The position numbers and the translations under genes were made by a program. From a virus, in IMG/VR virus record IMGVR_UViG_3300047546_001496, positions 31,379 through 95,378 of that record: a stretch of DNA of 64,000 nt. One strand, 5' to 3'. Shown here one piece after another: positions 1-10,362 of the stretch. Every line of letters begins with the position of its first letter. The stretch's first letter is position 1. Under the pieces are notes generated by a model. The model did no database searches, was not told the origin of the DNA, and was given only the letters and a program-made list of their open reading frames with translations.

Positions 1-380
1 ATAGGTGGTCTTACTGTACAAAAATCTTTATACATTGTATTTTCAACTTTAACATCTAAAGATCCAGCACTATTTTTGGTAAATATTAAATCACATGGTG
101 TCTTGAAAACATATCCAGTCATAAAGGCATCCATAATTGCAGGACATGCCTTCCATGTTGGTATCATTCCATAGTCGTCTACTGTACCCTCTTTAGGAAA
201 TGGACAAACTTCCTTTGGTGCCTTATAATATTCTCCGCTAATTGGGTTTTTAGCAAACCTATCTGCATCTTTATACCATTGTGGGATTTCTTTTTGTGTT
301 GATGAAGGTGTAGACTTACTTTCTTTTGTAAGCCACGGTCTATAAGATTTAAATATTACTGGTTTATAATTAGTATCCAC
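1..380 (-). CDS. Partial conserved phage protein (WKxCPAIxD..GY family), often found next to 2OG oxygenases
   Basis: Manual translation from GTG at 380 gives ...WKACPAIMDAFMTGYVFKTPCD...; paralog of 42090..42857; runs off the window edge. Confidence 0.7.
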   Translation of the reverse strand, partial: MDTNYKPVIFKSYRPWLTKESKSTPSSTQKEIPQWYKDADRFAKNPISGEYYKAPKEVCPFPKEGTVDDYGMIPTWKACPAIMDAFMTGYVFKTPCDLIFTKNSAGSLDVKVENTMYKDFCTVRPP

Positions 381-1092
381 CCTTATGTCCTAACTCATTA
401 ATATCAGTCATGATTACGACACAATACTTTGTACCGCTCTTCATTGGAAGAGATGCATGCTCATAAATGTAGTTAGATGGAAAGATAGCGATATCTCCTA
501 CTTTTGGAGTAAGGGTATATCCATCCAATCTTGGAAATTGAATTTCTCCACCCTCATAATCATCGTTTATATATATAACTGCAGAAACTGTAGCATTATA
601 TGCTGGACCATGATCTGCATGAATATTGAAGTGTTTTCCTTCGCCCTCATACTTTACAAAATTAAATGCTTCATAATAGATAACATTAATTCCCCAATAT
701 CTTGCATAATCATCTATACAAAATTTTAGTTTTTGATATATTTCTTCATGAAGATCAATAAGTTCGCCATTAAATTCATCTCTTGGACCAAGGTTTTCTT
801 GCTTATATTTAAAATCTACACAGTCTCTTGCTCTCTTGATAGGGGTTGAAGAATTTGTTACTTGCGCTTCAGACCATTTATATCTTTTTGTTCCATCAAG
901 ATTTGACTCAAGAGTTTTTATATATCTATCTGCATCATCTTGAGAAAATACATTTCTATAAATATTTAGGCCAAGTCCTGGATTTTCTACAACTATACCA
1001 TTTGATAAAGTTTTTGTAGGATATCTATTTGATGCAGTTTCTGACCTATCTTTTGTAAACCAAGGATTTTGATTTTCATCATAAATTTCCAT
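370..1092 (-). CDS. 2OG-Fe(II) oxygenase, prolyl 4-hydroxylase-like
   Basis: HAD...YINDDYEGGE.F...PKVG...FPS...HAS...K signature. Confidence 0.85.
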   Translation of the reverse strand: MEIYDENQNPWFTKDRSETASNRYPTKTLSNGIVVENPGLGLNIYRNVFSQDDADRYIKTLESNLDGTKRYKWSEAQVTNSSTPIKRARDCVDFKYKQENLGPRDEFNGELIDLHEEIYQKLKFCIDDYARYWGINVIYYEAFNFVKYEGEGKHFNIHADHGPAYNATVSAVIYINDDYEGGEIQFPRLDGYTLTPKVGDIAIFPSNYIYEHASLPMKSGTKYCVVIMTDINELGHKGGY

Positions 1093-1117
1093 TTGACTAA
1101 CCTTTCAGTAATTAAAG

Positions 1118-1555
1118 TTATGCTATTTCGCTAAAAGAAGTTCCATCCCAGTTATAAGAAAATCCTAACAAAAGATTTTGACTTGATGGTACCTTAAGCA
1201 AACTCATACCTGTCGCAACTGCTGCTGCATACATTTCTTTTTTTGGGCTATTTGTTGCAATTGCTACTCTAGCAACAACAGTATTATTAGATAAAAATGC
1301 ATATAGGTCAAATGAATCTAGTTCTTCTTGTGTTGCACTTGCTAAATTTGGACCTGCTGTTCCACCAGAAAAAGATGATCCGTTCCAGGTCGCTCCATAA
1401 AGTGCTGTTTGTTTATATGAACTTGCATCAATTGCTGTTATTGGTAAACCAGTTTCCCATGCAGAATCTAAAGTTTCCATTACCTCATTTTTTTGATGAC
1501 TAAAAAATCCAATGACATCATATACATTATCATTTTTTACTACAACTGCATACAT
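1118..1555 (-). CDS. Hypothetical protein
   Basis: 145-aa ORF with GGAG RBS; internal repeated WNGSSFS/WDGTSFS. Confidence 0.7.
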   Translation of the reverse strand: MYAVVVKNDNVYDVIGFFSHQKNEVMETLDSAWETGLPITAIDASSYKQTALYGATWNGSSFSGGTAGPNLASATQEELDSFDLYAFLSNNTVVARVAIATNSPKKEMYAAAVATGMSLLKVPSSQNLLLGFSYNWDGTSFSEIA

Positions 1556-1631
1556 TAATAGTCTCCTTTAGTACTTTTATTATAGCACATGTTAGTTATT
1601 GGGTACATATTTTTGTATGTACCCGCTAACT

Positions 1632-2582
1632 TTAACAAGCACATGTTCTTCCTGGACAACATACGTTACATCTCCAGCAATATCCGCAGAAACAGCCTCC
1701 GAAAGATGGTGGGAAGAATGGGAAGTAAGGGAAGAATGGGAAGAATGGTGGGAAGAATGGGAAGTAAGGGAAGTAAGGGAAGAATGGTGGGAAGAATGGG
1801 AAGTAAGGGAAGTAAGGGAAGAATGGTGGGAAGAATGGGAAGTAAGGGAAGAATGGGAAGAATGGTGGGAAGAATGGGAAGTAAGGGAAGAATGGGAAGA
1901 ATGGTGGGAAGAATGGGAAGAATGGAAAGAATGGGAAAAACGGCGGGAAGAATGGGAAATAAGGTGGGGTAGTGGTAACATTGTTTGTAGTTACACCAGT
2001 TGATTCTCCGCATGCATTTGTTAGATAAATTGTATATGTTTGTGATCCTGGAGATGATCCAGGGTCATTAGCAGCATATGATGTAGCAGATCCAGATATA
2101 CCAGTATAACTTGATCCATCTGAACCAGTAATTCTGATCGATGTTATTGTGCTACCTCCAGTTGCTGATCCGCTTGGAAGAGTCCATGATATTGTATTTG
2201 TATTAGCAGATGTAGCAGATGCTGAAACTCCTGTAGCATTGCTTGGACTTGTTGTAACTGTTACTGAAGATGAAGCAGATGATGCTGCTGATGTTCCAGA
2301 AGCATTTGTTGCTGTTACTGTAAATGTAGGTGTTGCTCCTGCAGCAATGCCAGTTACAGTAATTGGGGATGATGCTCCTGATGCTGACTGACCAGTGCTT
2401 GCATAAACAGTATAAGAAGTTGCTGGAGGGGATCCTGCAGGCAATGCAAAAGCAACTGATACAGCACCGTCATTATATGCTCTACCAGTACATACGTTGG
2501 TTGGAACAACACTAATTGGTGGCTTTGGCTCTAAGAAGTCGTTTGCTGCTGCTGACTTTTTACCTACTTTTTTATTTGCCAT
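1632..2582 (-). CDS. Putative virion protein: FN3-like domains, Phe/Pro repeat and Cys-rich C-terminus
   Basis: FTVTATNASGTS and YTIYLTNACGES FN3-like strands; about 85 aa of almost only F/P/Y; ends [20 protein letters not shown]. Confidence 0.75.
   Translation of the reverse strand: MANKKVGKKSAAANDFLEPKPPISVVPTNVCTGRAYNDGAVSVAFALPAGSPPATSYTVYASTGQSASGASSPITVTGIAAGATPTFTVTATNASGTSAASSASSSVTVTTSPSNATGVSASATSANTNTISWTLPSGSATGGSTITSIRITGSDGSSYTGISGSATSYAANDPGSSPGSQTYTIYLTNACGESTGVTTNNVTTTPPYFPFFPPFFPFFPFFPFFPPFFPFFPYFPFFPPFFPFFPYFPFFPPFFPYFPYFPFFPPFFPYFPYFPFFPPFFPFFPYFPFFPPSFGGCFCGYCWRCNVCCPGRTCAC
1705..1965. repeat. Tandem 9/12-nt repeats (GGGAAGAAT / GGGAAGTAA) encoding PFF/PYF units
   Basis: Directly visible. 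Confidence 0.95.
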
Positions 2583-2608
2583 TATTTATTCCCCTTTTTT
2601 ATTGTAAA

Positions 2609-5209
2609 TTATTTAAGATCTCCGTAAACAACCCAAGTATTTGCTGCTCTCTTCAAGAGAGTTGCAGATGACCATTGTGTACGTAAAGTTAATCCTGGAG
2701 TAGCATTTACTGTTACTCCTGCGCCTGCTGCAATTGCAACTCCGCCTGTATTTGTCTGAAGAACATCGATAGAAGTTCCGACTGGGAAATTCAATGTCGA
2801 GTCTGCAGGAATTGTAACGTTTACTGCTGAACCGCCAGTGTGAGAAACCTCAATAAGTGAGTCTCTTTCTGTTAGCGCTCCAAGAGTATACGCTGCTGTT
2901 TTCTGAATAATTGGTGTGCGTGAAGGTACACCTTCTTTTGTCTGTGTACCATCTGTAAAAATGATACCTGAAGAATCTACAGTAACTCCACCAGTAAATG
3001 ATGGTGCTGCAAGGTTTGCCTTAAGTGCAAGGCTTGATGAAAGACCTGAGATCTTTGATTGATCGATTGCTGCTGAAGCGCTAATGTCTCCGTTTACAAT
3101 TGTCCCATCTGCGATCATTGCTGATGTAACTCCACCAGTTGCGATATCAAGTGTTCCTGGTGTAGATTCTGTTAAACCAGAACCTGCTGTTACAGCCTTA
3201 GCAGCATTGAATGCTGCATATGTAACATTTGTTGTTCCAATTGTAATTGCTGATGTATTAGAGCAAACATATCCGTAACCTGAGTTTACTGTACCTTCAA
3301 GAACAAGAGTGAAGTCTCCACCCTTTAGTTCTCCATCTGGTGTATTGTCTGCATCTGTTGCTCTTGTCCATGAACCTGAAGCAACTACATAAATACCATT
3401 TTGTGTTTGTGTGGTTTGATCTTTTACGAGAACACGATCTCCAGCGATTACTGCTACGCCATCAATTGTTTGTGTTCCACTAAGTGTAATATTTCCTGTT
3501 GTAGCAACACGAACTGGCTGATGAAAATTAATTCCTGCAGTTACATTGTCTACATATGCTTTTGTTGCTGCATGTAGGTCAGAACTTGGTGCACCTGAAA
3601 GTGTGAGTGCTCCTGTCATTGTTCCGCCAGCAAGTGACAACTTAGAATCAATCTGTGTCTGAATTGCTGATGTTACGCCATCAACATATCCAAGTTCTGT
3701 TGCTGAAACATTTCCAATAGATGTTGTGCTTGGAAGAACAACTGTTCCTGTAAATGTTGGGCCAGCAAGGTTAGCCTTTAGATCAAGTGCTGTTTGTGTA
3801 GCAGTTGAAACTGGCTTATTAGCATCTGAAGTATTATCTACGTTGCCAAGACCAACCATTGACTTTGTGATACCTGAAACAGTACCAGTAAATGTTGGTG
3901 AAGCAAGATCAGCCTTTGCTGCTAAATCTGTTGTAAGGTTTGCAATCTTTGACTGTGCAATTGCTGCTGATGCATTTATATCAGCATTAACAATTGTTCC
4001 ATCTGCAATCTTAGCAGAAGTTACTGCTCCATCAAGAATTTTTGCTGTTGTTACAGAATCTCCAGCCAACTTATCTGCAGTTACATTGCTATTAACAATC
4101 TTTGCAGTTGTAACTGTGTTATCTGTTGGTGTTCTTGTATCAGATAAGCGAGAATCATTTGTAAGTACAAGATCTGCTGTGTCTGCAATACCGTGTACGC
4201 TTGTTGTATCTAATCTATGTGCTTCAATATCTGCAGTTAGTGCTAAGGCTGTAGTATCTGCAATTCCATGCACATTTGTTGCTGAGTTATGGTTTGATAC
4301 TGCAGTGTCTGCATAATCTTTTGTTGCAAGATCCTCAACATCAGCAATACCATGTACATTTGTTGTTAAAGCATTATGGTTTGCTACTGCTCCGTCTGCA
4401 GCATCAGAGGATGTATTGTCTACATATTCTTTTGTAGCAGCATCATCAGCATTTATAGGTGCTCCGATAAGGGTAAGCATGCCTGTCATTGTTCCACCAG
4501 TTATAGGAAGTTTGCTGCTTAATCCATTAGCCACAGTTGTTGCAAAGTTTTCATCATTAGCAATAGCATTTGAAAGTTCATTTAATGTATTTAATAGTTC
4601 TGGTGAACCAGCAACTATTGAATTAATTCTGCCTTGTACGAATTCGGTTGTTGCAATTTTTGTTGTATTATCAGTTCCAGCCTGAGTAGTTGCTACTGAA
4701 GTAGAACCAAGATCTGCACCTGTTAATGTTTTATTTGTTAGTGTTTGTGTTCCAGTCAGAGTTACTACTGTTGAATCAATATCAAATTGTTCTGAGCCTG
4801 AGTTCCAGTCAATACCTACACCAGCAAGCGCTGATTGATCAACTGTTGCGTTTGAAACAGCATCTGCTACATAATCTTTTGTAGCAAGATCGTCTGTATC
4901 TGCAATACCGTGCACATTTGTAGTAGCATCTGTGTGATCGGAGAGATTGTTTGCCACTGTGGTAAAGAAAGCAGGATCGTCGCCAAGAGAGGCAGCAAGT
5001 TCGTTAAGTGTATCCAATACACCTGGTGCACCATCTAGTATCGCATTTGCGTCTACATAATAGTTAAGTGCGGACCATGCTGATGATCCATTACCAATTT
5101 TAAATTTACCTGTGTCGGTTTCATAACCGATTTCACCTGCTGCTAGAGTTGGGTTTGCTCCCGTCCATTGGGCTGCAGTTCCTCTGCGCTGTTGCATTCT
5201 TGTTGCCAT
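2609..5209 (-). CDS. Tail fibre protein with Mtd-N-like N-terminus
   Basis: MATRMQQRRGTAAQW..NPTLAAGEIGYETDTGKFKIG; LDTLNELA and ATKxYVD fibre repeats. Confidence 0.85.
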   Translation of the reverse strand: MATRMQQRRGTAAQWTGANPTLAAGEIGYETDTGKFKIGNGSSAWSALNYYVDANAILDGAPGVLDTLNELAASLGDDPAFFTTVANNLSDHTDATTNVHGIADTDDLATKDYVADAVSNATVDQSALAGVGIDWNSGSEQFDIDSTVVTLTGTQTLTNKTLTGADLGSTSVATTQAGTDNTTKIATTEFVQGRINSIVAGSPELLNTLNELSNAIANDENFATTVANGLSSKLPITGGTMTGMLTLIGAPINADDAATKEYVDNTSSDAADGAVANHNALTTNVHGIADVEDLATKDYADTAVSNHNSATNVHGIADTTALALTADIEAHRLDTTSVHGIADTADLVLTNDSRLSDTRTPTDNTVTTAKIVNSNVTADKLAGDSVTTAKILDGAVTSAKIADGTIVNADINASAAIAQSKIANLTTDLAAKADLASPTFTGTVSGITKSMVGLGNVDNTSDANKPVSTATQTALDLKANLAGPTFTGTVVLPSTTSIGNVSATELGYVDGVTSAIQTQIDSKLSLAGGTMTGALTLSGAPSSDLHAATKAYVDNVTAGINFHQPVRVATTGNITLSGTQTIDGVAVIAGDRVLVKDQTTQTQNGIYVVASGSWTRATDADNTPDGELKGGDFTLVLEGTVNSGYGYVCSNTSAITIGTTNVTYAAFNAAKAVTAGSGLTESTPGTLDIATGGVTSAMIADGTIVNGDISASAAIDQSKISGLSSSLALKANLAAPSFTGGVTVDSSGIIFTDGTQTKEGVPSRTPIIQKTAAYTLGALTERDSLIEVSHTGGSAVNVTIPADSTLNFPVGTSIDVLQTNTGGVAIAAGAGVTVNATPGLTLRTQWSSATLLKRAANTWVVYGDLK

Positions 5210-5267
5210 TTATCTCTCCTTGTGGTATTTCTACCGTTTTATTTCTGTGCTTATTATAACATCAATT

Positions 5268-5723
5268 TTAGTTGAAGTTATCTGTTGCTACACCACCATC
5301 ATAGGTTGCTGTCCATGAGTTGGTGTTGTAATCTCCTCCAGAAACTGGTGTTCCTTGAGGATCATTAAAACTACCAGCGCTAACAAACTGGGATACTATG
5401 AAACCAGTTCCATCAATCGCTGTATCGTGAATATGCTGTGGAAGATTAAGGGTATCGTCAATTGTAGCCATGGTTAGCCATGAGCCATTGTAATAAACAT
5501 TAACTCTTGAGGTTAATGTATCAAACCATTGATCTCCATTTTCTGGTGTAGAGGGAGCGGTAGAACCGACAACCATGCTTCCTGCTACTGAGTCTACATA
5601 TTCCTTTGTAGCAGCATGATTATTTTCAGTAGGAGTACCTACGATTACAGATCCTCCGAAACTACCGCCGTTTCCGACCTGTAGTCCATTCTTGACTTTG
5701 AAATCTTTGTCTACTGTTGCCAA
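5268..5723 (-). CDS. Virion/tail fibre accessory protein
   Basis: KDFKVKNGL N-terminus shared with next gene; HAATKEYVD; APSTPENGDQWFD. Confidence 0.7.
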   Translation of the reverse strand: MATVDKDFKVKNGLQVGNGGSFGGSVIVGTPTENNHAATKEYVDSVAGSMVVGSTAPSTPENGDQWFDTLTSRVNVYYNGSWLTMATIDDTLNLPQHIHDTAIDGTGFIVSQFVSAGSFNDPQGTPVSGGDYNTNSWTATYDGGVATDNFN

Positions 5724-5753
5724 GATTTACCACTCCCTCTTTTATTTATTTTT

Positions 5754-7301
5754 TTACTTCAAAAGTGTTCCAACAACAGCCACTGTTGAGTTGTTGTTGA
5801 GAGTTGCTACACGAAGGCGTACATCTGAACCGTTTACATCTGCTGAAACAGATCCAAGTGAGCCGTTTGTTCCTACCATCGCATATTCTGTGATTGCCAC
5901 ATTGTCAGAAGTATCAAGAGTCAAAATAACTTTTGAAACTTCAGTATGTGAACCTTGAGCAATCTTTACAAGGAATTCAGCAGACTTGTAATCTGCCTTA
6001 GCCCATGAGACTGCTGTGCTTGTGCTTGCAGTTGCAACAGAAGCCTCTGCTGCTACCTGCTTTGCAATGCTTGCAATTTCTACTGCAGGGAAGTCAGGTG
6101 TGACTGCCTCAAGAGCAGATACTGCACGAGCATTTGTAAAGTAAAGGTTTGAAGAACCTTCTACAAGATCATCTGTATCAGAATCTGCAACACCGTTTTC
6201 TGCGGTAATTGTAAGACCAGATCCATTTCCAGTAATCTGAATGTTTGTAAGTGTTGCACTTGTTAGAAGTGCTGCTGCGTCTGTCTTTGCACGAGCAGTT
6301 GTGTAATAAAGGTTTGAACCTTCTGCAACATCATCTGTATCAAGATTATTAATACGAGTATTTGTTGCTGAGTCAAGACCATCAGCATAAGACTGTGCTG
6401 CTGTCTGTGCTGCTGCTGCAGAACCTGCTGCATCATAATTTACAGCCAAACCGTCTGCATAATCCTCTGCTGCACCCTGAGCATCATCAACATATTGCTT
6501 TGTTGCTGCATGGTTTGCTGATGTTGGAGCACCTGAAAGTGTCAAAGCACCTGTCATTGTGTCTCCAGCCTTAGCAACCTTTTCACCAATCTGTGTTCCA
6601 ATTGTTGTTGCAAAGCCAGCATCTGAGTTGATTGCTGCTGCTAATTCATTAAGAGTATCAAGAAGTGCTGGTGCACCATTTACAAGTGCTGCAACCTCTT
6701 GGTCTGTGTATGCATTTGCTGCTGTAATAGCATCTGCTTCTGCAGCATCTGCATATGACTGATAGGCAGTTGTGATTGCGCCTTCACGAGTATCTGTATA
6801 TGCCTTAGCATCATTTTCTGCAGCATCTGCATAGTTTTGGTATGCAGTAGTAATTGCAGTTTCACGAGTATCTGTATAGTCATTTGCATCGCTAATTGCT
6901 TCGCCTTTTGCGGTAGCAACTTCTGCATCTGTTGCAAATGAGCCATCAATTGTTGTTGAGATTTGTACGTTTGCTGAACCATTGAATGATACAGAACCTG
7001 TAACATCTCCAGTAAGTTCAATTGTACGAGAAGTCTCAAGAGTTGTTGCTGTATCTGCATTACCAGTTACATCACCAACGAGATCTGCTGTTATTACTCC
7101 CGCAGCAAAATTGCCTGAGCCATCACGCTTTACAACCTTGTCTGCTTCATTTGCTGAGGTGGCTGTTCCACCAATTAAGTTGACGATATAATTTTGATCG
7201 TCTGTTTTCTTTGTAAGAATATCGTGGTTGTTGATGGTACCTGTTGTGCCTTCAACAATCAGACCATTCTTTACCTTAAAGTCTTTTGTGACTGTTGCCA
7301 T
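5754..7301 (-). CDS. Tail fibre/virion structural protein
   Basis: LLDTLNELAAA, HAATKQYVD and two TDD.xEGSxNLY repeats. Confidence 0.8.
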   Translation of the reverse strand: MATVTKDFKVKNGLIVEGTTGTINNHDILTKKTDDQNYIVNLIGGTATSANEADKVVKRDGSGNFAAGVITADLVGDVTGNADTATTLETSRTIELTGDVTGSVSFNGSANVQISTTIDGSFATDAEVATAKGEAISDANDYTDTRETAITTAYQNYADAAENDAKAYTDTREGAITTAYQSYADAAEADAITAANAYTDQEVAALVNGAPALLDTLNELAAAINSDAGFATTIGTQIGEKVAKAGDTMTGALTLSGAPTSANHAATKQYVDDAQGAAEDYADGLAVNYDAAGSAAAAQTAAQSYADGLDSATNTRINNLDTDDVAEGSNLYYTTARAKTDAAALLTSATLTNIQITGNGSGLTITAENGVADSDTDDLVEGSSNLYFTNARAVSALEAVTPDFPAVEIASIAKQVAAEASVATASTSTAVSWAKADYKSAEFLVKIAQGSHTEVSKVILTLDTSDNVAITEYAMVGTNGSLGSVSADVNGSDVRLRVATLNNNSTVAVVGTLLK

Positions 7302-7316
7302 TTTTTATCTCCTTAT

Positions 7317-7763
7317 TTACGCCTTAAGTCCAATTCGTGCATAACGAACTGTGACTGGCTTAATTGCAGGATCTGGAGTAACCGTTAAGGATACTGTATT
7401 TCCAGCCCTTGAGACGCTAATGGTGCCAATATTCCCATCGTTGTCTATTGTTCCGTATTCGCTGACATTTACATTTGTACCGTCAACTAATACGGTCAAC
7501 TCTGTTGCATAAAATTTATTGTCTCCCGCAGTTATCTTAGCGATTGAAACAATATACTTGACCATACGCCATTCTGTTGCATCAAAATTATCAATTACTG
7601 TTGGATTCTCAATACCTGTAATTGTATTTTCATTATTGCCCATAGATCCAAGATCTGTAGAACGAGCAGAGGCGGAATCAATTAAATCTTCGTAATCTTG
7701 TTGAGAGGGACGATCTCCAGTCTCAAACTTTGTCTTTAGTGTTGGTATTGATATCTTTGCCAT
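7317..7763 (-). CDS. Virion structural protein
   Basis: FETGDRPSQQDYEDLIDS; C-terminal domain similar to the C-terminus of 5754..7301. Confidence 0.65.
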   Translation of the reverse strand: MAKISIPTLKTKFETGDRPSQQDYEDLIDSASARSTDLGSMGNNENTITGIENPTVIDNFDATEWRMVKYIVSIAKITAGDNKFYATELTVLVDGTNVNVSEYGTIDNDGNIGTISVSRAGNTVSLTVTPDPAIKPVTVRYARIGLKA

Positions 7764-7786
7764 GTTGGTATTATAACTCCTTTTTA

Positions 7787-8035
7787 TTATAAAATATAGT
7801 TGCTATATCCTATAATTTGTAGTGGGATTGGGGGTGGATTATTCTTAGAATACCCAAACGAACTAACATTAATAAACTGCACTCTAAAAGGCAAAACCTC
7901 CTGTAGTTTAACCTTTGGTGTTATATCATTTATTCTTATTGATCTTTTGTCTAATTCTTTAATCTGAGCATGTGCTAAACGATGTGTTGTATTATAAACT
8001 TCTTTATAGGCAGGGGTTAAATTTTGATTTATCAT
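7787..8035 (-). CDS. Hypothetical protein
   Basis: ORF translationally coupled to upstream gene. Confidence 0.55.
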   Translation of the reverse strand: MINQNLTPAYKEVYNTTHRLAHAQIKELDKRSIRINDITPKVKLQEVLPFRVQFINVSSFGYSKNNPPPIPLQIIGYSNYIL

Positions 8036-8421
8036 TCCGTAACATCTTCAATGATAACCATGGAACCTTTGGCTACCGTCCAGACTCTTCCTTCTGACAA
8101 AAGTTCTGTCAACTGAATATCAAAGATATCTCCAGTTTCTAAAAGTTCTGATTGAGATGATAATAGTGTTACAGTAAAACTTCCTTCTACATCTTGAAAT
8201 TCAATTGGTTGTGGCTCAAGAGAAATAATTACTTCGTCTGTTGATGGACGATAAATATCCATCTTAATTTCCCAATCATCTAAGTATAGTGGTTCTCTTG
8301 CATCGTTTGTTACATAAACTCTAAATGATGCAGAGTCTCCACGAACTACAGTCCATCTAACTTCTGGTGGTAAAGCACCTAATGCATATGAGTCTGTTGT
8401 CTGATTTCGGAAGGTAGTCAT
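8032..8421 (-). CDS. Virion/baseplate-type protein (VVRGD family)
   Basis: WTVVRGDS...FDIQ; paralog of 20728..21126 and 17884..18324. Confidence 0.6.
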   Translation of the reverse strand: MTTFRNQTTDSYALGALPPEVRWTVVRGDSASFRVYVTNDAREPLYLDDWEIKMDIYRPSTDEVIISLEPQPIEFQDVEGSFTVTLLSSQSELLETGDIFDIQLTELLSEGRVWTVAKGSMVIIEDVTE

Positions 8422-8439
8422 AATGCGATTATATCATAT

Positions 8440-8958
8440 TTAGGCTAATCCAGCCTTCAATGCTCCCCATGTTCCATTGCCTTTTGCTTGTACAACAATA
8501 ACACCAGTTGATGTTCCATTGACAGCAACAATTCCAATTGCTCCACCTGTTGTTGTATTTGTTAAAGAACCGTATTGATCTACATATAAAAGAGATCCTG
8601 GAGTTCCAAGACCACTTGTATTTACATTTGTTAATACTCCAGCAACAACAACTTCTCCACTTCCGCCATGTGTTATTTCTGATTTTGTCAAACCAAGAAA
8701 TGGTTTATCGTCTGATAATGTTGATGTAAATAATGATATAGTTGTTTTATTATTTGTATATCCTGTAGCATATACTGGTTTTGCTGAACCTATAGTTGAG
8801 CCTGAGTTATTTATTACCTTTACCCGAACATTTGAAGCATCAAGAGATGCAAGCGCATCATCAACAGTATCTGCTAGTTTTTTAATATCACCATGTACAT
8901 TAACAGGATCAGTTGATTCTGGATATTTTAAATCATATTTATTAGTTTCTTGTGCCAT
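8440..8958 (-). CDS. Putative structural protein
   Basis: Gly-rich beta-strand ORF in the structural module. Confidence 0.55.
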   Translation of the reverse strand: MAQETNKYDLKYPESTDPVNVHGDIKKLADTVDDALASLDASNVRVKVINNSGSTIGSAKPVYATGYTNNKTTISLFTSTLSDDKPFLGLTKSEITHGGSGEVVVAGVLTNVNTSGLGTPGSLLYVDQYGSLTNTTTGGAIGIVAVNGTSTGVIVVQAKGNGTWGALKAGLA

Positions 8959-9064
8959 AGAAAATAATTATACCATGTTTGACTAAATCCCCTAAATTGT
9001 GTTATACTAGGAAGTAATATGGCACCCTTTAACAAGGTGTCATTACGTTTCTAAGGAGGAAACT

Positions 9065-9628
9065 ATGATTAACTTTATGAATAATAATAGGCAAATCATT
9101 GGCACACTCAGCATATTAGCAATGTTTGGCGTTTGGTCAAATGCTGCTAATGCTTCTGAAAACCGATTAAGTGACAGTAAATCTGTCATGCTACAGGGAT
9201 CTTTGATGGCCACGGAAGTGGCCAAAAGTGTTTCTATGGCTAAAGAAGATCAGTTAGAAAAATATAAAAGTGCTATAAATCTATCTGACAAAGACCTTAA
9301 AAACTTACTATCTTTAGTAGGTTTTGAAGGCGAAAATCTTAAGGAGGCTTGGGCTTTTGCTAAAAAAGAATCTAATGGAAGACCTTTAGCCCTTAATATT
9401 AGTAAAAGAACTGGAGATAGTTCTTATGGCTTATTTCAAATAAATATGATTGGCGACCTAGGTCCTGACCGTAGAGATAAGTTTAATTTAGAGTCCAATG
9501 TTGAACTCTTTAATCCAGTACTAAATGCTCAAGTAGCATACCACATGAGCAACGGTGGAAAAGACTGGACTGCATGGAAAGGCATTACACCAAAGGTGAA
9601 GTCGTTAATGCGTAACTTTCCCAATTAA
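9065..9628 (+). CDS. Secreted lysozyme-like/SLT transglycosylase
   Basis: Signal peptide; KKESNG...SYGLFQINM...NP..NA...WTAW; own TTGACT..TATACT promoter. Confidence 0.85.
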   Translation: MINFMNNNRQIIGTLSILAMFGVWSNAANASENRLSDSKSVMLQGSLMATEVAKSVSMAKEDQLEKYKSAINLSDKDLKNLLSLVGFEGENLKEAWAFAKKESNGRPLALNISKRTGDSSYGLFQINMIGDLGPDRRDKFNLESNVELFNPVLNAQVAYHMSNGGKDWTAWKGITPKVKSLMRNFPN

Positions 9629-10362
9629 TAGTTGATAAAATTATTATGGCTTCCGTGATAATATTTTATAGGAAGACGCTTATAATCATCTTTATCAAAT
9701 AAATAGTAGAGGGCCTCCCCCCACAAGGGGAGGTCTCCCCATCTATAGATATAAATATTATTTGAATTATCAACTTTTTCTATATATTCTTTTAATTCGT
9801 TATTTGCTCTTATTTTATCTAAATTAAAACCTACTAAATTTGTATATGGTCCAGATGGACTTTTTGGACCTTTGTCTGTTTTTATATTCTCTAATGAAAA
9901 ATTGTTTAGTCCTTTTGTAACATTATCATTATCAGCAGACCATTCGCCATATACACATACATTATTTTTTAATTCGTCAAAAATATTATCAATGTTGCTT
10001 CTTATTAAACAATCATCATCAATTCTTAATACTAAATTATATGCATCTAAATATTTTAAAAAATCTATAAACCAAAAATGACACATGTGCCTATATGCCC
10101 AACTAAATCCTAAGCCAGACTCTTTATCAAATTCTATATTATTTATGGGAGTAAACTCTGGTATTGTAATAAAATTTAAACATAAAGATGTTTTAGACCT
10201 AATATGTCTTTGATTTTCAAAACTAATATTTCCTTCATGAAAAATTAAAATATCATAATTATCATTAATGTTTTCTTCAATAAATTTATTTCTAATTATA
10301 AGATTGCCATAGTCATAATTACCAGAATAACCTTTGCATAAAGTGATTATTGCTTTTTTCAT
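9625..10362 (-). CDS. GT15 (Kre2/Mnt1)-like alpha-1,2-mannosyltransferase
   Basis: YRHMCHFW, RIDDD and YRWGDLP motifs. Confidence 0.7.
   Translation of the reverse strand: MKKAIITLCKGYSGNYDYGNLIIRNKFIEENINDNYDILIFHEGNISFENQRHIRSKTSLCLNFITIPEFTPINNIEFDKESGLGFSWAYRHMCHFWFIDFLKYLDAYNLVLRIDDDCLIRSNIDNIFDELKNNVCVYGEWSADNDNVTKGLNNFSLENIKTDKGPKSPSGPYTNLVGFNLDKIRANNELKEYIEKVDNSNNIYIYRWGDLPLWGEALYYLFDKDDYKRLPIKYYHGSHNNFINY

Noticed and set aside
1705-1965. CRISPR array or DGR template/variable repeat
   Set aside because: No unique spacers; differences between the two Cys-tail copies are not adenine-specific; no cas or reverse transcriptase gene in the window
1589-2013. ORFs with WEE, GRM, SH and LP repeats
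   Set aside because: Shadow frames of the stop-free 9/12-nt repeat inside the real gene 1632..2582
7964-7983. CTGAGCATG...TAAAC as a seventh pseudoknot copy
   Set aside because: No P1 stem, no TGCTC partner, and antisense within a CDS
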